Assembly: GCA_017541245.1 (NCBI GenBank)
Contig: JAFXZL010000002.1
Span: 18,877-82,876, forward strand
Direction of reading: 5' to 3'
Origin: Candidatus Saccharimonadota bacterium
GTDB taxonomy: Bacteria > Patescibacteriota > Saccharimonadia > Saccharimonadales > Saccharimonadaceae
DNA length: 64,000 nucleotides
The notes under the pieces are model-generated. The model was not told where the DNA came from, made no database searches, and saw only the letters and a program-made list of their open reading frames with translations. Position 1 is the first letter of the stretch. Each line of letters begins with the position of its first letter. Positions 35,290 to 44,545 of this stretch are shown one piece after another. The position numbers were made by a program, and so were the translations under genes.

Positions 35290-36507
35290 TCAGTTATAGT
35301 GATGTTTCTTCGGTAGAATCATCGTGAGCCACGGAATAATGAATAGTGATTCCACGAGGGCAAGCCATAGTATTTGTTGACCATCGCCAAAAATAAGAAT
35401 AAACAGCAGAATCGTAAGCCCCACTACGCGCCCCACCGAAAGCGCGATCTCACTCAGACACTCTAATTCTATGCGATATGAATCATCCTTTAGATGCGTA
35501 CTGAGCAGCCCCTGCAAACGCGTTTGCGTTACGGTACCGTCATATAAACCATTTACTATGCTCTGCATGAATACATATAGCGCAATAGATAAAACTGGAT
35601 TATTTGGTATCAGAATCATGGAAGCTGGAAGAAGAATTATTGCTGGAATAAATGCAGCCAGGAACGCTTTTTGGTGCGACGTCTGACGGATTTTTCTATA
35701 TATAAAGACCGTAATAATAGCAATAACTGACGATAACGATGTAAAGAAACCTACATCCATGCTCGAATCCGTACTGCGATACAAACATATTTGCGATATG
35801 ACCAGGTATGCGGAGCTACAAATCACAAATCCGCGAACTAATTGAATCGCAAATAGTTTTCGCATTGATTCATGTTTCATAATAATGTCATACATTTGCG
35901 ACGCCTTATGCCCACTTACCGGCCCCGTATGCTTCTTTGTCGGCCTAAAGCAAAGCGACAGCAGCAGCTGCATGAGAGAAATGCCCAAAATTATTAATGC
36001 GACGCGCGTATAGCTACTATTGCCAATTAGAAAGCCGAGAACTAGTGGCATGACAATCTTTACGATTTCCGTAAGGATAGAAGTACGCCCTTTGAATGCG
36101 AGTCGGCGCGAATCCGGCACTTCCGTAACATCAAAGTGCATTTTTGGACGCCAATAAAACGACGAGTCTGCTGCGTTGAAAATTGCGATGATGTATGGGA
36201 AATAGACGGCTTTTGCATCAAGAAATACCACACTGACGATCTCTAGAATGGAAAACAACATACTCATACGCCAAGCCGCGACGGTATGTTTTCGATAGAA
36301 TGGCAGGAACAATACTGCAAAACAAGCCATCAGCGTATAGCGAATTATACAATACACCACGAAGCTTACTGGTGAGCTTGAGGCGGAAATGTTGATCATA
36401 AAGCCCATTAAAAAGACATTCATGAAAGACGATTTACTACTTAGTAAGACGTCAGCCGCAACAAGAATATTCTCATTAGTACGCAAAGCGCGAAGATACT
36501 TAAACAT
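35290..36507 (-). CDS. polytopic membrane protein, possibly an MFS-type transporter
   Basis: About 10-12 hydrophobic segments over 405 aa. It lies 12 nt upstream of the cysteine desulfurase gene. The family is not confirmed. Confidence 0.5.
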   Translation of the reverse strand: MFKYLRALRTNENILVAADVLLSSKSSFMNVFLMGFMINISASSSPVSFVVYCIIRYTLMACFAVLFLPFYRKHTVAAWRMSMLFSILEIVSVVFLDAKAVYFPYIIAIFNAADSSFYWRPKMHFDVTEVPDSRRLAFKGRTSILTEIVKIVMPLVLGFLIGNSSYTRVALIILGISLMQLLLSLCFRPTKKHTGPVSGHKASQMYDIIMKHESMRKLFAIQLVRGFVICSSAYLVISQICLYRSTDSSMDVGFFTSLSSVIAIITVFIYRKIRQTSHQKAFLAAFIPAIILLPASMILIPNNPVLSIALYVFMQSIVNGLYDGTVTQTRLQGLLSTHLKDDSYRIELECLSEIALSVGRVVGLTILLFILIFGDGQQILWLALVESLFIIPWLTMILPKKHHYN

Positions 36508-36530
36508 AGAGATATTTTAGCATAAGCACA

Positions 36531-36563
36531 AAAAACTATCGCCCTTTTGCGAGCGATAGTTTT
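36531..36563 (-). terminator. intrinsic terminator
   Basis: ACTATCGC, a 10-nt loop, then GCGATAGT. It is flanked by an A-run and a T-run, directly after the stop of the 117-aa gene. Confidence 0.65.
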
Positions 36564-36915
36564 ATTGATAAATGCTTTGTTTGATTAACTTCAGATAGGC
36601 TTTAGTAGCATTTTTGAAGTTTGTAAGCTCGGCGCCTTCTATCTTTTTGTAGTATTCCTCTTCGCCAACTTTCTTATAAACGCCATTTTTGCGAACCTCG
36701 TAGCGAATAGTAACGCCATCTTCATACCAGATCCAAACATTCTTCTTTAGACAGAAGAATTCGCGAGAATGGCCAGGTTGAATATTGCCAAAAACCGTAC
36801 GACCAAGCGCAGATTCGGCATTGATGAGATTTCGTTCAACAGCTTGAACGCGTGCTTTATGGTTCGGCGTCTCGCGAGGAGCTAGTAAATGTTGCTTAAG
36901 ATTGAGTTTCGACAT
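36562..36915 (-). CDS. hypothetical protein (117 aa)
   Basis: GAGGT SD lies 7 nt upstream of ATG 36915. No family recognised. Confidence 0.55.
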   Translation of the reverse strand: MSKLNLKQHLLAPRETPNHKARVQAVERNLINAESALGRTVFGNIQPGHSREFFCLKKNVWIWYEDGVTIRYEVRKNGVYKKVGEEEYYKKIEGAELTNFKNATKAYLKLIKQSIYQ

Positions 36916-37115
36916 GCTATTACCTCGTCAGATACGGCAGACAACTCGTTATAGAGTTCGAGTTCTTGTGTTTCTTTTGAGCGATATGGAAAAGCTTGCT
37001 CAATCACAATTGGCGTAGCCGGAGTGACTGGCATTTCTTCGACAGCAGCATTCTGAGCTTCGAGCACAAGATTAGATACCGGAATGCGGAATGTGGAATT
37101 ATCTTGCTCGTCCAT
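36882..37115 (-). CDS. hypothetical protein (77 aa)
   Basis: GGGAGG lies 4-5 nt upstream of ATG 37115. Its 3' end overlaps the next gene by 34 nt. Confidence 0.5.
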   Translation of the reverse strand: MDEQDNSTFRIPVSNLVLEAQNAAVEEMPVTPATPIVIEQAFPYRSKETQELELYNELSAVSDEVIACRNSILSNIY

Positions 37116-37132
37116 AAATCCTCCCTTTTTAG

Positions 37133-37885
37133 TTAGATTTTGAAGACTTTCTCGACATTTCCAGAGGTGACCCTTGAAATTGTCGCGAAATCTTGCTGAT
37201 AATGATCAGCGGCCCATTCGGCTATGTTCTTTACATAGCCTGGCATATTTATTGTACCACGAAATGGCTTTGGTGTCAAGAAGGGAGCGTCTGTTTCTAG
37301 TAAAATTCTCTCGAGAGGAGGATGAACGATATCTGCAAAAGTCGCAAGGCCGTTTACGCCGAAGTAAAGACCTTTTTCTAGACCAATATTCATGTTCTTC
37401 TTAGAGTCGGAATATGAGTGAAGAACAGAGGTAGGAAGATGAAAATTGTTAAAAATTGGCCAAAAATCCTCGAATGCATCCCGCACATGGAAGCTAACGG
37501 GCAAGTTATAATCTTGAGCGATTTGCAGCATATTCTCTAATAAATAACGCTGAAAAGCCCTATTATAGCCGTCAAAATGATAATCTAAGCCCACTTCCCC
37601 TACAGCAACGAGCTTTTTGTCGGTCAAAATTGGCTTGGCGGCAGACAAATCAGCAGCAAGCTTGGCCTTATCGCCGTCAAAATCATTTGGATGATAGCCA
37701 AAAGTCCACCAAACCTCATCGTGTTGATTCGCAAAATCGCAAGCCGCCGCCGAATCCAGCGGATCTGTACCAATTACGATGCATTTTTCTACCCCATTCT
37801 CGTGCATGTGAGCCAAGACCTCATTGGTCTTAGAGAGGTCAAAAAACTGTTTGTCGTGGATATGACAATGCGAATCGATGAGCAT
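37133..37885 (-). CDS. tatD: TatD-family metal-dependent hydrolase/DNase
   Basis: MLIDSHCHIHDKQF N-terminus (HxH). The size of about 250 aa fits. The ATG at 37885 is preferred over the upstream TTG. Confidence 0.88.
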   Translation of the reverse strand: MLIDSHCHIHDKQFFDLSKTNEVLAHMHENGVEKCIVIGTDPLDSAAACDFANQHDEVWWTFGYHPNDFDGDKAKLAADLSAAKPILTDKKLVAVGEVGLDYHFDGYNRAFQRYLLENMLQIAQDYNLPVSFHVRDAFEDFWPIFNNFHLPTSVLHSYSDSKKNMNIGLEKGLYFGVNGLATFADIVHPPLERILLETDAPFLTPKPFRGTINMPGYVKNIAEWAADHYQQDFATISRVTSGNVEKVFKI

Positions 37886-37886
37886 A

Positions 37887-38894
37887 TTAGCCCTCAATAC
37901 CGCGTGGCGGTTCGCCTTCTGGCTCGTCTAGAAGTTTCTTGCTCTTGATTTCGTAACGGCGTCCGTTAACTGGGGAAACAAAGTAATCTTCGCTCAAAAG
38001 ATTGATAAACATACCGAGGTCTTTGTCGTCCATGATAATAATCTTGCCCTGGTCGTCAGTCATGAGCTCGAGTTGCATCTCGTCGGCATAATCTAGGAGT
38101 TGATCCTGCTTCATCTCGCCAATTTCGATGTTTTGCAGTTTCTTTACGAGCGGTTTCTTATCTTCTAGTAGTGCATTCAAAGTGAGGCCTTCTGGGAAGC
38201 TCAAGCTGTAGGCCTCCTGGATTTCCTTAGCTTTCTGCTCGGAAATAACCTGAGATTTGTAATCAAACTGGAATAGTTTTTCGAACTTGGATTGGTTAAA
38301 TATTACAATCTGACCATCTACAATTGCGGTTTCATTGCCATCTGGCACCTTAATTGCGACATCGGCGGTAAGCGGCTCAAAGCTTTCGCCATTAAGCTCC
38401 CAGCCAAGTTTGCCCTTAAGGGCGGAGCTCGCAGCAAGATTCTTTGCGATATAGAAGGTCTTTTGGCCGTCTTCGCCAGGGTAAGTAAACTTTGCAACAA
38501 TACCCTTGATACGCTTAAACTCATACTCGTCATCCGTAAAGAATGCGATATCCTTGTACTCGTGCTCAATAAGATGAATCAAGGTTTCGGCGCGACCTAC
38601 CTTCTCGAGTTCGATGCGATAAATTACCTTGTCTTCACCATCAGAAAGCTCATATTCACGACATTCTAGGCCTTTATCTGCTTCCTTGATGATATATTCG
38701 ACAGCCTCAAGCATGAATAATGACTTGATGGTTTGCATCAAAACATCACTGTAGCGTACTTTATACGGAGTGTAGTTCTTGTTGAACAAGAATAGCTCTA
38801 CGGATACGTTGTTTTTTATTTCATCGACGGAATTCGCCCACTGAAAAACGTCAAATTCTGGTTGGCCAGTCTGGCCGGCGGTATTTTCTTCCAT
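37887..38894 (-). CDS. hypothetical protein (335 aa); weak recollection of a DUF4868/KwaB-like layout
   Basis: AGGAGG lies just upstream of ATG 38894. It is soluble and acidic. Segments such as VELFLFNKNYTPYKVRYS and GQIVIFNQSKFEKLFQFDY recall DUF4868 proteins, but I cannot verify this without an HMM search. Confidence 0.55.
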   Translation of the reverse strand: MEENTAGQTGQPEFDVFQWANSVDEIKNNVSVELFLFNKNYTPYKVRYSDVLMQTIKSLFMLEAVEYIIKEADKGLECREYELSDGEDKVIYRIELEKVGRAETLIHLIEHEYKDIAFFTDDEYEFKRIKGIVAKFTYPGEDGQKTFYIAKNLAASSALKGKLGWELNGESFEPLTADVAIKVPDGNETAIVDGQIVIFNQSKFEKLFQFDYKSQVISEQKAKEIQEAYSLSFPEGLTLNALLEDKKPLVKKLQNIEIGEMKQDQLLDYADEMQLELMTDDQGKIIIMDDKDLGMFINLLSEDYFVSPVNGRRYEIKSKKLLDEPEGEPPRGIEG

Positions 38895-38925
38895 TCTCCT
38901 CCTCTTATGTACCTATTTTAACAGA

Positions 38926-40188
38926 TTATTCGTCGAGTGCCGCTTCGAGCTGCGGATCTTCTTCCTTGTTAATCTGCTCAAAGCTACGAGTAACTTCTTT
39001 GTCTGGGGTGATACCTTCACCATTAATATTCTTGCCCTTTGGCGTATACCACTTCGCGACCGTAACACGAAGGATTTCGCCCGTAGTGAACTCTTCGAGG
39101 GCCTGAACACTACCTTTACCGTAGGTCTTTTCGCCAATTATGGTTGCTTTCTTGTAGTCTTTGAGTGCGCCAGTGACAATCTCGGATGCGGACGCAGTTG
39201 AACCGTTAACGAGGACTACTGTCTTCATACCGGAAAGGATTGCCTTGCCACGTTCTGCATAGGTTTTTTCGCTATAAACACCAGAAGAGGACTTCTGCTC
39301 TACGACCAAATCCCCATCAATCCAAAGTGATGCAACTTCTTTCGCTGCACTTACATAGCCACCGCCATTGCCGCGAAGGTCAACGATGACTTTCTTTACG
39401 TGACGGTCAAGGGCTTCTTGCGCCTTTTCGCGTGCAAGCTTGCCAGTATCTTGATCAAAGCGAGTGATTGTAATAATTGCTGTATCATCACGATATTCGG
39501 CATATACGCTAACGTTATTGATCACTTCGCGAGTAAGTTCAAATTCTTTTTCTTCGTTGTCGCGCATGACGGTGAGTACGACTTTCGTCCCTTCGGCACC
39601 GCGAAGCTTCTTTGCGACATCTTCTACAGATAGGCCAGAAATGTCTTCGCCATCCGCCTTGTAAATAATATCGCCAGCAAGCACGCCAGCACGACGAGCT
39701 GGGTTATCTGGAGTCGTACGAAGAACTTTGACGTAACCATCGCGTTCGCCGATTTCTACACCAATGCCAGCGCCAACATCACCATTCAAATCCTTTTCGA
39801 ATTCTTTTGCTTCTTCCGCGGACATATAGTATGTATACTTATCGCCAGCAGCGTTGACTAAACCGCGCTTTGCTTCTTGAATTACCTGATCTTTGTCGAT
39901 TGCGCCATCATAGTTTTGGACTAAGCGCTGGTAGATAGCATTAAGCGAACTGAAATCTACTTCCGAAGCAGTGGTATTCTTCCCGCCCAAATATGGGGCG
40001 AATTTCCCAAGCATCGTCTCCCAGTTCATACCAACACCGAAGCCGACTGCTAGGGTGATAAAACTAATAATGATTGAGGTTGCAAGGTTTACTTTTTTCT
40101 CGGACGCGGGACTGCGATAATATAAGTCCCTAGTCTCATTCTTGTTTTTCTGTGTGCTAGTTTTATTAGTTTCGCTTCGTTTAGTCAT
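38926..40188 (-). CDS. ctpA: carboxyl-terminal processing protease (S41, with PDZ domain)
   Basis: N-terminal TM anchor. PDZ region is GIGVEIGERDGYVKVLRTTPDNPARRAGVLAGDII. S41 motifs are VLVNGSTASASEI and GEKTYGKGSVQ. Confidence 0.88.
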   Translation of the reverse strand: MTKRSETNKTSTQKNKNETRDLYYRSPASEKKVNLATSIIISFITLAVGFGVGMNWETMLGKFAPYLGGKNTTASEVDFSSLNAIYQRLVQNYDGAIDKDQVIQEAKRGLVNAAGDKYTYYMSAEEAKEFEKDLNGDVGAGIGVEIGERDGYVKVLRTTPDNPARRAGVLAGDIIYKADGEDISGLSVEDVAKKLRGAEGTKVVLTVMRDNEEKEFELTREVINNVSVYAEYRDDTAIITITRFDQDTGKLAREKAQEALDRHVKKVIVDLRGNGGGYVSAAKEVASLWIDGDLVVEQKSSSGVYSEKTYAERGKAILSGMKTVVLVNGSTASASEIVTGALKDYKKATIIGEKTYGKGSVQALEEFTTGEILRVTVAKWYTPKGKNINGEGITPDKEVTRSFEQINKEEDPQLEAALDE

Positions 40189-40235
40189 AGAACTATTTTA
40201 ACACGAAGCTAATGCTTATACCTGAAAAGAATAGA

Positions 40236-41363
40236 TTATTTGCCGAAATAAATGTAAGTAAACATGCCTTTATTGACGGTCATTTCGGAATATTCGCCAC
40301 GGGTCCAGTTGTATTGGGAAACATGTACTTGATTACCATTAACCCATTCTACCCAGACCGCGTGTCCATAAGGACCGCTAAGTGAAATGCCAACATAGCC
40401 TGGTCTTGGCTCGCTAGTAACGAGATAGCCGGCCGCACGAGCGTTATTTAGCCACTGGTTTGCGTTTCCGCGCCCGCCCCAATAAGGCATATAGCCGTAA
40501 GTCTGGTAAACCTTCCATGCGGTATAGCTAACGCACTCGCAGATATACATACCCCAGCGGTCAGAATAAGCATCCTTCTGCTGTGGACAAACACCACTAT
40601 ATGGATAACCGCCCTTGCCCGGGTCGCCAGGTGTGACCGTGCCGCCATACTGACGCGCAAGATCAGCCAAGATAGCTTGCTGTTTCTTTTCGAGCTCGGC
40701 TTTTTGGCCATTGGCATCACTCTTTAACTTCTGGTACTCAGCCTCGCTACTACGAGTCTCTGCAAGGAGTCTGGCTTGTTCAGCCTCGGATGCGGCGAGT
40801 TGCTGCTTCTGGGTATTTAAATCCTTAAGAATGAGTTCTGCATTTTTCTTTTTGACGGTAAGTTCTTCCTTGAGGTTTTTGTTCTCTTCGATAATGTCAG
40901 AGAGCGTATCAGAGATGCTAGTAAGTTTTACCTCTTCGTCGACGAAGGTGGAAAAGTTTTCGGATGAGGCCAGACGCTCAATCGTAGAAACACTATCGTT
41001 ATAGTAGAACTGGGCAATAATAAAGCCAACCGTATCGGAGTTTTCATTAATGCGGTTTTGGACAGTTTCGATTTCGATAACTAGCTGGTCGTGCTCTGCC
41101 TGCTTGAGGTCAATTTGAGTCTTGAGCGTAGCCTGTTGGTTTTGTAGGATTGCAATCTGGTTTGAGATAGTATTTGCCTTAGCAGCGAGCGCGCTAGCCT
41201 GAGCTTCATACTCGTTAATCTGACTACGTAGATTATTGATCTCGTTTGTGACTTTATTGTAATCGTCTTGTGTGTATGCGGCAGCTACAGTGGTGTGCAG
41301 TATACAAGAAAAAATAATAGTTATAGCGACAGCAAGACAGAATAGGTTACGCCATACTTTCAT
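40236..41363 (-). CDS. PcsB-like secreted hydrolase with an N-terminal coiled coil and a C-terminal CHAP domain
   Basis: Signal/TM segment, then about 230 aa of heptad-rich Q/A/E sequence. The CHAP region has CECVSYTAWKV...GHAVWVEWV. It lies directly downstream of ftsEX. Confidence 0.8.
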   Translation of the reverse strand: MKVWRNLFCLAVAITIIFSCILHTTVAAAYTQDDYNKVTNEINNLRSQINEYEAQASALAAKANTISNQIAILQNQQATLKTQIDLKQAEHDQLVIEIETVQNRINENSDTVGFIIAQFYYNDSVSTIERLASSENFSTFVDEEVKLTSISDTLSDIIEENKNLKEELTVKKKNAELILKDLNTQKQQLAASEAEQARLLAETRSSEAEYQKLKSDANGQKAELEKKQQAILADLARQYGGTVTPGDPGKGGYPYSGVCPQQKDAYSDRWGMYICECVSYTAWKVYQTYGYMPYWGGRGNANQWLNNARAAGYLVTSEPRPGYVGISLSGPYGHAVWVEWVNGNQVHVSQYNWTRGEYSEMTVNKGMFTYIYFGK

Positions 41364-41383
41364 ACCTATACCATAGCATAAGC

Positions 41384-41419
41384 AAAAAGACTTGGCAAGT
41401 GGTTGCCAAGTCTGTTTTT
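41384..41419. terminator. bidirectional-type intrinsic terminator after ftsX
   Basis: AGACTTGGCAA-gtgg-TTGCCAAGTCT, an 11-bp stem flanked by AAAAA and TTTTT. Confidence 0.7.
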
Positions 41420-41424
41420 CTCTG

Positions 41425-42525
41425 TTATTCAGCTTCTTTCTTCGCTTTCGCTAGCTTCTTTTTATGCGTCTTTTTGACGGCACGCACACGATCGGCTTTG
41501 GTTTTGGTCTTAATGTATTTGCTAGATGCCAACAATGAAGATATTACACCAATTAGTATGCCGACTGCAAGCAATCCTGCCGCCACAAAGTACCAATACT
41601 TGGTCATAAGCTCTACGGTTGGATCCAAGGTGTTGCCAACGCTGTCCTGCAAGGAGAATACCGTAGCGTAGATTGCTGCGCCCGCAATGAAGGCCGCAAC
41701 AATACCGTATAGGCTTGCCTCTACTACGAATGGCCCCATGATGAACCAGTGGCTGGCGCCAACAAGATTCATCATGTAGATTTCTTCCTTGCGGTTGAAG
41801 ATTGCCATGCGAATTGTATTAAAGACAACTAGAATTGCGATGAGGGCAAAGACGCCTGCTGCGCCAAGACCAAAGATTTCGATGCGGTTCATAATAGAGG
41901 CGATACGATCGATTGTCTCGCGGTGGCTTGTAGAATAGCTCGGCGGACGCGCATCAAGCATATTTACCATGGATTCGTCCATATTGACGAAATTCTCGAG
42001 CTCCGAGGTATCGTTAAGATTATGAAGCTTAACATTGATAGTCCAAGGAATCTTATTTGGCGCTTCGTAGAGAGCCTCAATGTAAGACTTGTCGGTAATA
42101 TTGCTTTCTTTTATAAGCTTCTTGATTGAGGCGATATTTGCTTCTTCTGGCGAAGTAGCTTTCACTTCGGTTACAGAGTGAAGCTCTTTTAGACGACTAG
42201 TGATTTTTTCGATCTGCTCATTGGTTGCGCCCTGCTTTACGTAGATAGACATATCTACCTGAGACTCAACCATCGTTATAGCAGTATTCATTGCGCTAGT
42301 AGCGACCAAAGTTGCAGCCAAAACAATCAAAGTAATGGCCATAATCGCGATAGCGGCGACACTCAACCACGTATTACGTACGAAGCTCTTTGTGCCATAT
42401 TTCATGACACGCACGCCGGTACGAAGGTGATGCTTACGAGTTTTCGTGATGCGATTTAAGCGTTCCTTACTAATACGAGCAGTGTTCTTTTGTTCTTCTT
42501 TTTCTGCTTTTGTCATTTTTGCCAT
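41425..42525 (-). CDS. ftsX: cell-division ABC transporter permease FtsX, with a K-rich C-terminal tail
   Basis: FtsX topology: TM1, a large extracytoplasmic loop, then three C-terminal TMs. It follows ftsE with a 1-nt gap. Confidence 0.85.
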   Translation of the reverse strand: MAKMTKAEKEEQKNTARISKERLNRITKTRKHHLRTGVRVMKYGTKSFVRNTWLSVAAIAIMAITLIVLAATLVATSAMNTAITMVESQVDMSIYVKQGATNEQIEKITSRLKELHSVTEVKATSPEEANIASIKKLIKESNITDKSYIEALYEAPNKIPWTINVKLHNLNDTSELENFVNMDESMVNMLDARPPSYSTSHRETIDRIASIMNRIEIFGLGAAGVFALIAILVVFNTIRMAIFNRKEEIYMMNLVGASHWFIMGPFVVEASLYGIVAAFIAGAAIYATVFSLQDSVGNTLDPTVELMTKYWYFVAAGLLAVGILIGVISSLLASSKYIKTKTKADRVRAVKKTHKKKLAKAKKEAE

Positions 42526-42526
42526 A

Positions 42527-43396
42527 CTAGTTTATAAACCTCCTCTTTGGAGCGGTCTTGCGTACAGGTTTTTCTTCTAGTCCGGCTGGAGAATCCGGCA
42601 CGATGATATGCTGTGGCCTAGAATTAGTAGCGTTGCGAATTTCTGTTGCGGTTGGCGCGGCACGATGCGTAGATGCTAGCGGACGCTTAATGATCTTGCT
42701 GTGCGTTGCATCAAGATCATAATAGCCATTATTCTTTTGATCGCCAATAATTCTACCGTCGCGAATCGTGATAACGCGTTTTTTGAGCTGATTAACTATC
42801 TTATCATCATGGGTTGTAACAAGAATAGTTGTGCCGAAGTTGTTAATCTCTTCAAGCAGGCGAACGATACCCCATGCAGTTTCTGGGTCTAGGTTGCCAG
42901 TAGGCTCATCTGCGATAAGAATCTTTGGCTGACGTGCCATTGAGCGCGCAATTGCGACACGCTGGCGCTCACCACCAGAAAGATCTTCTGGGAAGCGATG
43001 GCCTTTGTCTGCGAGGCCAACTAGGTCTAGGACTTTTGGAACAGTGCGACGAATTTCAGCGTTCGATACGCCAACAATTTCTAGCGCGAATGCTACGTTT
43101 TCATATACGGTGCGATTTGGCAGAAGTTTGTAGTCCTGAAATACGACACCGATGCGGCGACGAAGATGTGGAACATGACGACGTTTGAGATAATCATAAT
43201 CGATACCGCCCACCATGATTTTGCCGGAAGTAGGAACTTCCTCACGAGTGAGCATTTTGATCAATGTAGACTTCCCGGCACCAGATTTACCTACGAGAAA
43301 GACGAATTCCTTTGGCTGGATATGCAAAGAAACATTCTTAAGCGCTGGCTCTTTATCGCCAGGATAGTACTTGACGACGTCATCGAGTAATATCAT
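42527..43396 (-). CDS. ftsE: cell-division ATP-binding protein FtsE, with a ~60-aa C-terminal extension
   Basis: Walker A is GKSGAGKST, the signature is LSGGERQR and Walker B is ILIADEPTGNLD. Confidence 0.9.
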   Translation of the reverse strand: MILLDDVVKYYPGDKEPALKNVSLHIQPKEFVFLVGKSGAGKSTLIKMLTREEVPTSGKIMVGGIDYDYLKRRHVPHLRRRIGVVFQDYKLLPNRTVYENVAFALEIVGVSNAEIRRTVPKVLDLVGLADKGHRFPEDLSGGERQRVAIARSMARQPKILIADEPTGNLDPETAWGIVRLLEEINNFGTTILVTTHDDKIVNQLKKRVITIRDGRIIGDQKNNGYYDLDATHSKIIKRPLASTHRAAPTATEIRNATNSRPQHIIVPDSPAGLEEKPVRKTAPKRRFIN

Positions 43397-43420
43397 GACG
43401 CTATATTAACATAAGCAAGA

Positions 43421-44500
43421 TTAGTTGTCCAGGTATGCAGAGATGAAATTATCGATTTTTCCACCCAAAACCGCATCAGTATCATTCTCTTCGTATTTCG
43501 TGCGCGTATCTTTGACGAGCTTATACGGGTGTAGTACATAATTACGAATTTGTTGTCCCCAACTAGCGGATTCGCCGGCACGTAGTTTGTCGACCGATTC
43601 GGCGTTTTGCTCCTGCATCATTTGCTGAAGTTTGCCGCGTAGAATTTCCATGGCTTTTTCTTTGTTCTGAAGCTGGCTACGTTCATTCTGGATTGCAACG
43701 ACCGTATTGGTCGGAATATGCGTAATACGAACAGCAGAGTTCGTAGTGTTAACTGATTGACCGCCATGGCCGCCGGAATGATAAACATCAATACGAAGGT
43801 CTTTTGGATCAATCTGCACTTCGGAATCGTCTTTAATAACTGGCAACACTTCAACTAAAGCAAATGAAGTCTGGCGCAAGTGGTCGGCATTGAATGGGCT
43901 AAGGCGCACCAAGCGATGTGTACCATGCTCGGATTTTAGTTGGCCATAAACGTTTGTGCCGGAAAGCTCAATTACAGAAGTTTTAATGCCAGCTTCTTCG
44001 CCTTCTACGCGATCAAGTATTTGCGCCTTAATTTTGTGCTGCTCCGCCCAGCGCAAATACATGCGTTCGAGCATGCCCGACCAATCCATCGCTTCTGTCC
44101 CGCCGGCGCCTGCCGTAATGCGTAAAATTGCATCATTGTGGTCGTATTTTCCCGTAAAGCGCAAGGCTTGACGTAATGATTTTAGAGTTTCTTCCATTGC
44201 GTCGAGCTGGCCAGAAAACTCTTCGGAGAGCGTTTCGTCACCAAGCTCCATAAGCTCAGTCAAATCATTAATCTGCGTCTTCAATAAAGTCCATGGATCT
44301 AGTTCGTCATGAAGGTTTGCAACTTTTGTTGTTTTTTCGCGTGCAATATCGGGATTATTCCAAATTTCTGGTACAGCAACTTCTTCTTCGAGATTCTGGA
44401 GTTCTACGAGTTTTTGGTCGATAGATAATTTTTGCCAGACAATATCAAATTCGCTTTTTAGCGAATCTAGTCGCTTCTGCAAGTCAAACATATTATCCAT
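43421..44500 (-). CDS. prfB: peptide chain release factor 2 (uninterrupted, no programmed frameshift)
   Basis: SPF tripeptide (RLSPFN) and GGQ motif (SGGHGGQSVN). It is a single 359-aa ORF. Confidence 0.92.
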   Translation of the reverse strand: MDNMFDLQKRLDSLKSEFDIVWQKLSIDQKLVELQNLEEEVAVPEIWNNPDIAREKTTKVANLHDELDPWTLLKTQINDLTELMELGDETLSEEFSGQLDAMEETLKSLRQALRFTGKYDHNDAILRITAGAGGTEAMDWSGMLERMYLRWAEQHKIKAQILDRVEGEEAGIKTSVIELSGTNVYGQLKSEHGTHRLVRLSPFNADHLRQTSFALVEVLPVIKDDSEVQIDPKDLRIDVYHSGGHGGQSVNTTNSAVRITHIPTNTVVAIQNERSQLQNKEKAMEILRGKLQQMMQEQNAESVDKLRAGESASWGQQIRNYVLHPYKLVKDTRTKYEENDTDAVLGGKIDNFISAYLDN

Positions 44501-44545
44501 TATACCAAAAGCTTAGATATATAAGGCGTTAGCGTTGTATGATAA

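Noticed and set aside
43421-44500. Programmed +1 frameshift in prfB
   Set aside because: I looked for the usual early in-frame UGA (CUU UGA C type). The RF2 ORF is continuous from Met1 through the SPF and GGQ motifs, so there is no frameshift here.
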